Part shown: positions 27,532 through 35,157 of the stretch, one piece after another
Layout: each line of letters starts with the position of its first letter
Numbering within the stretch: the stretch's first letter is position 1
NCBI GenBank assembly: GCA_964551475.1
Contig: CAZKCI010000023.1
Coordinates: forward strand, 7,289 to 71,288
Origin: an uncultured bacterium
GTDB lineage: Bacteria > Auribacterota > Erginobacteria > Erginobacterales > CAZKCI01
DNA: 64,000 nt
Direction of reading: 5' to 3'
Translations under genes and position numbers: made by a program
The notes under the pieces: model-generated
Databases searched by the model: none
Told to the model about the DNA's origin: nothing
The model's input: the letters and a program-made list of their open reading frames with translations, nothing else

Positions 27532-27636
27532 TCGCGGGGCAAGCAGGAGGCATATTGAAATGATGAAATATATATGCAATATTAAGCGAAAGAGCGGCTG
27601 ACCGACACGGCGGCTTTTCCGCCCTTCCTATTACCC

Positions 27637-29124
27637 ATGCACCACCGGTTTCGGACAGCTTGCGCCCTCCTCTTTCTTCTCGTCGTCTCCTGCCGGCCCT
27701 CTTCCCCGCCGCCGGAACGGCCCGACATCATACTGATCTCCATCGATACCCTCCGGGCCGACCGCCTCGGCGGCTACGGCTACCCCCGGCCCACCTCGCC
27801 CGCCATCGACGCCTTCTCCCGCGAGTGCGTCCTTTTCAAAAACGCTATCAGCCAGTCCCACTACACCGCTCCCGCCCACATGTCGATCTTCACTGCTCTC
27901 TCCCCCTTCGTCCACCGGATCGACAACATCGAGCCCCAGGGAGAGACCGTCTCCACGCTCTCTCCCGAGATCCCCAGCCTGGTCGAGGTCCTCGCCAGCC
28001 TCGGCTACGCCACGATCGGAATGCACGGGGGAGCCAACCTGGATCCGCAGTTCGGCTTCGGACGAGGATTCGATTCCTACACCGCCGACTTCTACGACTG
28101 GGAGAAAAAGCAAGGAGCCGATCCTCGCCATCTGGAAACCGTCCTGAACGCGCTCCGAAAACGGATCCGGGACAGCCGCCGGGAAGGGGGTCCCCTCTTC
28201 CTCTTCCTCCACCATTTCCTCTGCCACGACCCCTATCTGGAGGGGCCCGAGGATCTCCGCTACCGCTTCGTCGAGAGCGTCCCGGAAGGTCTTCCGGACC
28301 GAAGAGAGGATCCGGCCAGGGTGAGCGATCCCGGAGACGAAAAGAACTATTTCTGGAACCGGGTCAACCTCGCCGAGCCGGACGATCGGCGCTATGCCTC
28401 CGACCTGTATGACGGCGGCGTGCTCTACTCCGATTTCCTTCTCCGGGAATTTCTGGACTGCCTGAGAAAGGAGGGGGTCTACGACAACGCCGTCGTCATT
28501 CTCCTCTCCGACCACGGAGAGGAGTTTTACGAACACCAGGGGCATCTTCACGAAAACCTGTTCATCGAAAACCTCCACGTCCCCCTGATGATCAAATTCC
28601 CCCAGGGCCGCGGCCGGGGGCGGGTCGTCGAAACGCCGGTGCGGACCATCGACACGCTGCCTTCGGTCTTCGACTACCTCGGCCTCCCCATCGCCCACCG
28701 CGTCCAGGGTGTCTCCTTCATCCCTCTCCTCACCGGAAACGGGTCCTACCTCCCGCCCCTGGTCTCCTACGCTTTCGCCCGGCCGCCCCACCACCAGGAC
28801 TCCGTCCGCATCCGGGACGGCGATGACGTCTACACCAACTTTCGCTGGCAGGGCATCCCCGACTGGCTCTTCGACGCCGGGAACGACCCCCGTGAGGAGG
28901 AAAACCTGGCCGGGGAAAGAATCGAGGCGGTGGAAAGACTGCGGGAGAAAACGCGGGAGATCGCAAATAGCGACGCCGCTTTCCGGCGTCTTTTCGTCGG
29001 CCGGGCCGCGGCGAAGAAGGCGCCCGGGGTGAAGACCCCCGCCGGAAGATCATCTTCTCCGAACACTCCGAAGATCGACCCGGAACTCTGGAATCAGATG
29101 AAGGCGCTGGGATACCTCAAATGA
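27637..29124 (+). CDS. Sulfatase-like hydrolase/transferase (alkaline phosphatase superfamily), predicted lipoprotein
   Basis: N-terminal lipobox LLVVSC; DIILISIDTLRADRLGGYGY sulfatase N-terminal block; no CxPxR seen (TAPAH instead), so possibly a Thr-nucleophile phospho-transferase type. Confidence 0.65.
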   Translation: MHHRFRTACALLFLLVVSCRPSSPPPERPDIILISIDTLRADRLGGYGYPRPTSPAIDAFSRECVLFKNAISQSHYTAPAHMSIFTALSPFVHRIDNIEPQGETVSTLSPEIPSLVEVLASLGYATIGMHGGANLDPQFGFGRGFDSYTADFYDWEKKQGADPRHLETVLNALRKRIRDSRREGGPLFLFLHHFLCHDPYLEGPEDLRYRFVESVPEGLPDRREDPARVSDPGDEKNYFWNRVNLAEPDDRRYASDLYDGGVLYSDFLLREFLDCLRKEGVYDNAVVILLSDHGEEFYEHQGHLHENLFIENLHVPLMIKFPQGRGRGRVVETPVRTIDTLPSVFDYLGLPIAHRVQGVSFIPLLTGNGSYLPPLVSYAFARPPHHQDSVRIRDGDDVYTNFRWQGIPDWLFDAGNDPREEENLAGERIEAVERLREKTREIANSDAAFRRLFVGRAAAKKAPGVKTPAGRSSSPNTPKIDPELWNQMKALGYLK

Positions 29125-29227
29125 ACGCAGGGAGCAGGGAGTGGGGAGTAGTGAGTAGTAAATTATTAAAATCCTTCCCCCCCGGGGAGCGGATTGATGA
29201 AAACGGCGTCTATCGATCCCTTCCCTT

Positions 29228-31321
29228 TCACCCCAGCATTTCCAGCTCGCCCAGGGAATAGAAATAGTGCGCGGAACCTTGATGACCGTCAGAGATGAGC
29301 AACTGGTAGTAACGGAAAGCCTGATCGTTGTCGAATGTCCAAGAATAGCTTTGGCCCTCGACGGGCGGATCGTCTTGGGCCACGGGCGCCAGCAGATTCC
29401 AGGTTTTCCCGTCCTGACTCGCCAGGAGCTGGGCCAGGCGGAAAAATTGCTCGGGGTGCCCGCGCCGCGGCCGGGCCGTCAGCGACCGGATCACCCGGGC
29501 CCGACCGGCGCCGAAATCGACCGTCACCCAGGCGGTTTGCCCGATTTTATCCATCGCCACGTGCCAGAAGGTATCCGGGTCCTCATCCCGCAGGTTCTCG
29601 ACCTCTCCCCCCCCGGAGCTTTCGGACGAGGCCTCCAGCGATACCCCGGGGACGAGAAGCCGGTTCCTTGCCTCCGGGGGACGGAGTTCCAGTTCCTTGA
29701 AGAGCCAGAGCGCGCGGACGGGGAAGCGCGGACGCAGCGCCTCGAGCAACGTAGTCTCCCACCGCCGATGCCACGCTTCGGCGACGAGGGCTCGGGAGAC
29801 CGTTTCCCCGGTCATCTCTTTCGCCTCATTCGGGAAGTAATGTGGGTAGCCGTAGACATCCGATCTCCCATGATTCGCCAGCGCCGCTTGGTTGATGAAG
29901 CGGAAGTTCGGAATCGAGATGATGAGCAAACCGACGAGGAGGCACCGGTTCAGGGTCGCGAAAGGCTCTTCCCGGATAGAAAACAACAGCGCGAACGGCA
30001 AGGTAACGAACAGGGAAAACAAGGCCCCGTAATAATAGGGTGTTTCGATCAGGCGCAGGTGTTTGGCCAGAATCGCCGTTTGGAAGATTATGAAAAGAAG
30101 CAGCACGGCGAGCGCGCGGAGAAATGCCTTTTTCGCCCAGGCGGGCAACTGAAAAAAAGCCGTCACGACATACACGAAGAGAAAGATGGCCGCGCCGGTA
30201 TAGACTTTCTGGACGTGCAGCGCCGCGCGGACAGGGGCCGGCATGATCAGGCTGCCCAGCAGATGGCGCCCGTTCGAGACGATGCTCCCGAACTTAAACT
30301 GCTGCCAGATATTGGAAGACTGGGCGTAGTGAGGCCTCCAGATGCACTGCCAGAACTGGAAATCGCCGAAACCGCATCCCTTGATCACCCGGGGAGCGAT
30401 CCACGTCACGAAGCATAAAAAGAAAACGAAAACCAGCGCATACCCGCACAGCGCCGCGATCATATTCTTCCTGGCGCTAAAGATATTCGGATAAAGGATC
30501 GGGATGCAGAAAAAGATGAACCAGGCCGTTTCGTCTAGAAAAAACGCGATGAATATGGTGGCGACGAGCCCCGCATAGGCGAGCGCGAGGCGCCGAGCGA
30601 TCCGATCCCCCTGTTTCGTGAAAGACCTGATCCTGGCGGCGAGGGCAAGGCCCGCGCGAAGGCACCCGCCGTCCGCCCCCGGCGGGGAGCCCCGAAGAAT
30701 GGCCGGCGAGAGCAGCGTCCACTGCAGCGCCTTTTTCCCGAAATATTCTTTCCGCGCGAGCAGGCGGTCGATGCGGGAAGACAGATACAGGCTCAGAATC
30801 GCCGCAAAGAGGGTCAACGGCTTGCCGGGGTGAAACAGCAGGGTAATCCCGGACAAAAAGCCGACCGAGAGGATATAGAGCGAGATCCCCGACCAGGCCG
30901 AGAGATGGCTGCGCGCGAAATTGCGCAGGAACTTGAAGAGCAGGAGAGGCGAGAGAATGAGAGTGAATATCCAGGTCAGGGAAAGGCTGGGATGCGGGGG
31001 AAAATACTCCCAGAGCCAAACGCGGAATTTCACATTGATGATCAGCACGGCATAGGATAAAAACCGGGCGCGGGCGATGGCGTCAAAGCTCCAGCAGTCG
31101 AAACCTCGCAACAAATCTCCCGGGACGAGGCGAGACCCGTTTCTAAAGGCATTGGGAATGCAGCGAGAGACGATCTCCGGATGGGTCCAATTGGCATTGT
31201 AGTTAAAAATAACGCCGAGAACATAGGCCAGGGCGAAAACGAAGATCGCCCGATAAATAAAAGCATCTCCCGGCCACGCGGCGAAGGGGCGGGGCCGGCC
31301 CACGGTTGCCTGCCGGCTCAT
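29228..31321 (-). CDS. Polytopic membrane protein with C-terminal F5/8 type C (discoidin) carbohydrate-binding domain
   Basis: ~14 TM helices over ~480 aa, then GGGEVENLRDEDPDTFWHVAMDKIGQTAWVTVDFG...TWNLL... resembling the discoidin-domain signature (DxDPxTxW). Confidence 0.6.
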   Translation of the reverse strand: MSRQATVGRPRPFAAWPGDAFIYRAIFVFALAYVLGVIFNYNANWTHPEIVSRCIPNAFRNGSRLVPGDLLRGFDCWSFDAIARARFLSYAVLIINVKFRVWLWEYFPPHPSLSLTWIFTLILSPLLLFKFLRNFARSHLSAWSGISLYILSVGFLSGITLLFHPGKPLTLFAAILSLYLSSRIDRLLARKEYFGKKALQWTLLSPAILRGSPPGADGGCLRAGLALAARIRSFTKQGDRIARRLALAYAGLVATIFIAFFLDETAWFIFFCIPILYPNIFSARKNMIAALCGYALVFVFFLCFVTWIAPRVIKGCGFGDFQFWQCIWRPHYAQSSNIWQQFKFGSIVSNGRHLLGSLIMPAPVRAALHVQKVYTGAAIFLFVYVVTAFFQLPAWAKKAFLRALAVLLLFIIFQTAILAKHLRLIETPYYYGALFSLFVTLPFALLFSIREEPFATLNRCLLVGLLIISIPNFRFINQAALANHGRSDVYGYPHYFPNEAKEMTGETVSRALVAEAWHRRWETTLLEALRPRFPVRALWLFKELELRPPEARNRLLVPGVSLEASSESSGGGEVENLRDEDPDTFWHVAMDKIGQTAWVTVDFGAGRARVIRSLTARPRRGHPEQFFRLAQLLASQDGKTWNLLAPVAQDDPPVEGQSYSWTFDNDQAFRYYQLLISDGHQGSAHYFYSLGELEMLG

Positions 31322-32031
31322 CGCGTCGCCTCGGGCTCTCGCCCCCGACGCAACTCTTTCCAGAACAGGCCCAGAAAAGCCGCGCCGGTCGGCAGCGAGC
31401 TGGATTTGCTCTTCCCGCCGATCCGGTCCCCCTCGATGGTGGGGATTTCCCCGACCCTCAGGCCCAGCTTCATCGCCCGGATGGACAGCTGATACTCAAT
31501 CAGGTAACCGTCCGCGTCCGGATGAAGGCGGGCAAAGGCCTCCTTGGTGATGGCCCGGTAGCCGTTGATGCTGTCGCTCAAACTTCCCTTCCAGGTTTTA
31601 TTGGCCGCCCAGGTGAACGCCTGATTCGCCCACTTGCGCCAGGGCCAGGCCGCCTCATCTTCCTCATTGCGGGAACCGGGTAAAAAGCGCGAGGCGATCG
31701 CCATGTCCGCGCCGTTCTGGAGCACGGAGAGGAGCCGCGGGATGTCGGCGGGGTCTTCGTTGCCGTCCGGGCTGAAGAAGACGATATGCTCGCCCGCCGC
31801 GCGATCGACCGCGATCCGGAACGCCTCCCCCCTTCCCTTTTTCTCCTGGGAAAATACGGGCACTCCCCGGCTCCGGAGAAACTCCGCCGTGCCGTCGGTG
31901 GAGCCCCCGTCCACTGTGATAACCTCGCCGACCAGCGCTACGGGGATCCGGTCGAACAGGGCCCGCACCCCCGCGATCTCGTCGTAGGTGAGGAAAACGA
32001 GGGTGCTCCTGACGTTTGGTCTCTTTTCCAT
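31318..32031 (-). CDS. GT2 polyprenyl-phosphate sugar synthase (DPM1/ArnC/GtrB-like)
   Basis: STLVFLTYDE...VITVDGGSTDGT...FFSPDGNEDP...IASRF; 4-nt overlap with the discoidin-membrane gene. Confidence 0.75.
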   Translation of the reverse strand: MEKRPNVRSTLVFLTYDEIAGVRALFDRIPVALVGEVITVDGGSTDGTAEFLRSRGVPVFSQEKKGRGEAFRIAVDRAAGEHIVFFSPDGNEDPADIPRLLSVLQNGADMAIASRFLPGSRNEEDEAAWPWRKWANQAFTWAANKTWKGSLSDSINGYRAITKEAFARLHPDADGYLIEYQLSIRAMKLGLRVGEIPTIEGDRIGGKSKSSSLPTGAAFLGLFWKELRRGREPEATR

Positions 32032-32059
32032 ATCAAGGGCGGCTCAGCGACATCGGGAT

Positions 32060-32126
32060 AAACGGTTCACGGTTCAACGGCTTACGGTGAGTTTGTCATT
32101 CCTCCAACCGTTAAACCTTTGAACCG
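32060..32126. repeat. GGTTCA-heptamer inverted repeat, family C, copy 3
   Basis: acggttcacggttcaacggcttacgg ... ccaaccgttaaacctttgaaccgg. Confidence 0.7.
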
Positions 32127-32127
32127 G

Positions 32128-33099
32128 CTATTGGGAATTGCGGCGATACCACTCGATCGTCCGCTGGAGCCCCTCCCGCAGGGAAACCGCGGCTTCGTAG
32201 CCGAGGAGGCTTTCGGCCTTGGCCGTGCTCGCCTGGCGGCGCATCTGCCCGGAGGGTCGCCGGGGGTCAAAAACGATACGGGGACTCTCCCCCGCGAGCT
32301 CGGCGATAAGCGCGATCAGCTCTTTGATCGTGATCTCTTCCTCGGCGCCGATATTGACCGGGTCGGCCTCGGGATACTTCTCCACGGCCAACAGCAATCC
32401 CCGGGCAACATCGGTCACATACACGAACGCCCGGCTCTGCTCGCCGTCGCCCCAGACCGTCAGAGGATCCTGTTTCTCCACCACTTTGCGGATCAACGCC
32501 GGGATGACATGGGAGCTTTCCCATTGGAAATTATCCCGCGGTCCATAGGCATTGTACGGCCGGGCGATGGCAATCCGCATCGGGTATTGGAGGGCGTAAC
32601 AGCGCCCCTGCGCTTCCGCCACCCGTTTCGCCCACCCGTAGCCCAGGTTGGTGGGTTCGGGGTCGGAAAGAAAACCCTCGTCCTCCGGCGTGGGGACGCT
32701 GGACTCCCGGGGATAGACGCAGGCCGAGCTCACGCAGAGATATCTCTCCACCCCACTGCGAACGGCGGCTTCCATCACGTTGGCGTTCATCACCACATTG
32801 GCGTAAAACAGCGCGCCCGGACGGGCGGCGTTGTAACCCACACCCCCGACGTGGGCGGCGAGGTGCAAGGCGCAGTCCATCCCGCGGCAAGCGCGCAGGC
32901 ATACGTCGAGATCGGAGAGGTCTCCCGGGCTGAAATCCACCTCCGCGAAGGAGGAGCCCAGGTGGCGGCGCGATTTCTCCTCCGAACCGTCGGCCACCCG
33001 CACCCGGGCGCCTTCCTGAAGCAGCATCTCCGTCAGGTGAGAGCCGATAAAACCTCCCCCGCCCGTCACCAGGACTTTTTTATCCTTCCAGAACGACAT
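32128..33099 (-). CDS. NAD-dependent epimerase/dehydratase (extended SDR; UDP-glucuronate decarboxylase/ArnA-C-terminal-like or 4-epimerase)
   Basis: KVLVTGGGGFIGSHL, YxxxK region VSSACVY...GYGWAK; start at internal ATG 33099 (MSFWKDKK), overlapping the stop of the upstream fusion gene by 1 nt. Confidence 0.75.
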   Translation of the reverse strand: MSFWKDKKVLVTGGGGFIGSHLTEMLLQEGARVRVADGSEEKSRRHLGSSFAEVDFSPGDLSDLDVCLRACRGMDCALHLAAHVGGVGYNAARPGALFYANVVMNANVMEAAVRSGVERYLCVSSACVYPRESSVPTPEDEGFLSDPEPTNLGYGWAKRVAEAQGRCYALQYPMRIAIARPYNAYGPRDNFQWESSHVIPALIRKVVEKQDPLTVWGDGEQSRAFVYVTDVARGLLLAVEKYPEADPVNIGAEEEITIKELIALIAELAGESPRIVFDPRRPSGQMRRQASTAKAESLLGYEAAVSLREGLQRTIEWYRRNSQ

Positions 33100-34988
33100 C
33101 AGTCGGCGGCTCCCGGGCGGCGGAACACCCTCCCTTTCCAGAGTTCCTTGACGAGTATGCCCACCATGTGAAAAACGGACCACGCTATTTTGTAGCCAAC
33201 GTCCTCGCGGGACTTGACCGATTCGCGGGTGGGGATTTCGATCACCTTCCACCCGGCTTCCATCGCCCGGATGGACATCTGGTAGTGGTAGCCCAGGCCG
33301 GAGGCATCAAGGCCGAGACGGGCCAGGCTCGCTTTTCTGACCGCGCGGAAGGTGTTCAGGGGGTCGGTGAGGTTGCCGTTAAAGAGGACATTGGCCAGCA
33401 GCGAGAAAAACCGGTTTCCCAGCCCCCGGAAGGGGATGGAGCGCCGATAGTCGCTTTTGTGCCCCCCGGGCATGAGCCGCGAGGCGATGACCAGGTCGTA
33501 TCCCTGGTCCAGCAGAAGCCGCAAGCGGTGGATGTCTTCCGGATCCTTGGACCCGTCCAGCTCGAAAAAGACGATGCCCTCGCCCGCAGCCAGCGCGGCG
33601 CCGGCCGGGAATGGGTCGGGGGCGACGGACACCGGGACTTTCTTCTCCTCCCAGAACTCCGGCGTCCCGTCGGAAGATCCCCGGTCGACCACCACAAGCT
33701 GATTGAACATCTCTCGGGGGATGGAATCGAAGACTTGGCGAGACAGATCGAGCGAGTCGAAGGTGGCGATGACCAGGGTGAAGTTCCGGGCGGCCTTCTC
33801 CCGCGGCCGCCCGGAGAAGTAGCTGTGGAAACGCCCGATCAGGTAATCCAGGTCCACCGAAGACAGGTCCTGGTGGCAGCCGACGTAGAAACCGCCCCGG
33901 TTGATCCAGTCCGCCGCCGGGTAATCCTTCGGATCGAGTCGGAACAGACGGCGGTAGACCGGCTGGGTGATCAGGGGGAACATCTCCCGGGTTTCCACCC
34001 CGTGCTCTTCCAGATAATTGACCAGATTCTCCTTGCTCTCCTCCCTGAGTACGATCGGATACATCATGAAGGAATGCTCGCACTCCGGCCGGATCGCCGG
34101 AAGCTGAATCCGGTCTTCGAGATCGCGCAACCCCTCGGTCAGATAGCGGGCGTTCCGGCGGCGGCGGGCGATCATCTCCTCCCAGGTTTCGAGCTGGGCC
34201 AGCCCCAGCGCCCCCTCCATCTCGGTGACCCGGTAGCTGTGCCCCAGGCTGACGAAAGAGAAGCGGCGGGCGACGATCATCCTCATCTCTTCCCGGGTCT
34301 TGTTTTCGTCGTCGTCGATGCTGATGTAGATGGAATCCCGCCCGTGGTTCAGCAACGAGCGCAGGGCGACGGCGCACTCGGGATCGTTGGTGGTGCACAG
34401 CCCCCCGACCCCGGTGACGATCAGGTGGGCCACGTAGGTGGAGAAACAGCCGATATCTCCCAGGCCGCCCACCCATCGACCCCGGTAGCGGGCGAACATG
34501 GTTTCGCAGGAGTCCTCGATCACGCCGAGCCGGCGGGAGCGGGCGATCTCGAGGATGGGATCCATCGCGCAGGGGAGGCCGAAGAGATGGACGGGGAGGA
34601 CGGCGCGCGTGCGGGGGGTGATCCGGGCTTCGATCCGGCTGGGGTCGATCCCGTAGTAGTCCTTCTCCACGTCCACGAAGACCGGTCGCAGATTGTTGTG
34701 GAGAACGCAGTTGGAGGTGGCGATGAAGGTGACCGCCGGGACGAGCACTTCGTCCCCGTCCCGCCAGCCGCGCTGCTCCTTGAGGGCGGCCAGCGCGATC
34801 GTGAGCGCGCTGGTCCCGCTGTTGGTCATCACCCCGAAACGGCAGCCGTGGAGGTGGGCGAATTTCTCCTCGAACCTCATGGTGAAGGGTCCGTAGGAGA
34901 GACGGTTGCTGCCCAGGACCTGGCGGACGTACTCCTTCGCCCGTTCGCTGACGGTGAGCGTGCCGACTTTTATGATCGGTGTTTCCAT
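33099..34988 (-). CDS. Fusion protein: DegT/DnrJ/EryC1/StrS-family PLP sugar aminotransferase (N-terminal ~400 aa) + GT2 polyprenyl-phosphate glycosyltransferase (C-terminal ~230 aa)
   Basis: N-terminal KEYVRQVLGSNRLSYGPFTMRFEEKFA...MTNSGTSAL...VIEDSCETM...(aminotransferase class V/DegT fold); C-terminal FTLVIATFD...VVVDRGSSDGT...FFELDGSKDPEDI...IASRL (DPM1/ArnC-like). Confidence 0.8.
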   Translation of the reverse strand: METPIIKVGTLTVSERAKEYVRQVLGSNRLSYGPFTMRFEEKFAHLHGCRFGVMTNSGTSALTIALAALKEQRGWRDGDEVLVPAVTFIATSNCVLHNNLRPVFVDVEKDYYGIDPSRIEARITPRTRAVLPVHLFGLPCAMDPILEIARSRRLGVIEDSCETMFARYRGRWVGGLGDIGCFSTYVAHLIVTGVGGLCTTNDPECAVALRSLLNHGRDSIYISIDDDENKTREEMRMIVARRFSFVSLGHSYRVTEMEGALGLAQLETWEEMIARRRRNARYLTEGLRDLEDRIQLPAIRPECEHSFMMYPIVLREESKENLVNYLEEHGVETREMFPLITQPVYRRLFRLDPKDYPAADWINRGGFYVGCHQDLSSVDLDYLIGRFHSYFSGRPREKAARNFTLVIATFDSLDLSRQVFDSIPREMFNQLVVVDRGSSDGTPEFWEEKKVPVSVAPDPFPAGAALAAGEGIVFFELDGSKDPEDIHRLRLLLDQGYDLVIASRLMPGGHKSDYRRSIPFRGLGNRFFSLLANVLFNGNLTDPLNTFRAVRKASLARLGLDASGLGYHYQMSIRAMEAGWKVIEIPTRESVKSREDVGYKIAWSVFHMVGILVKELWKGRVFRRPGAAD

Positions 34989-35157
34989 GCTAGAAAGCGA
35001 TGCTCGGTAACAGTAAAGAGTCAGAAAAAGAAGTTATGTATGACCGAAATGATTTCGTTCCCGTTCACATCCGCGTTCACGGAGACGCGACGGGTACGTG
35101 AACGTGTACGAGAACGTGAACGTTTACGTGTGCGCAAACGCGTAACCGTGCGTAACC

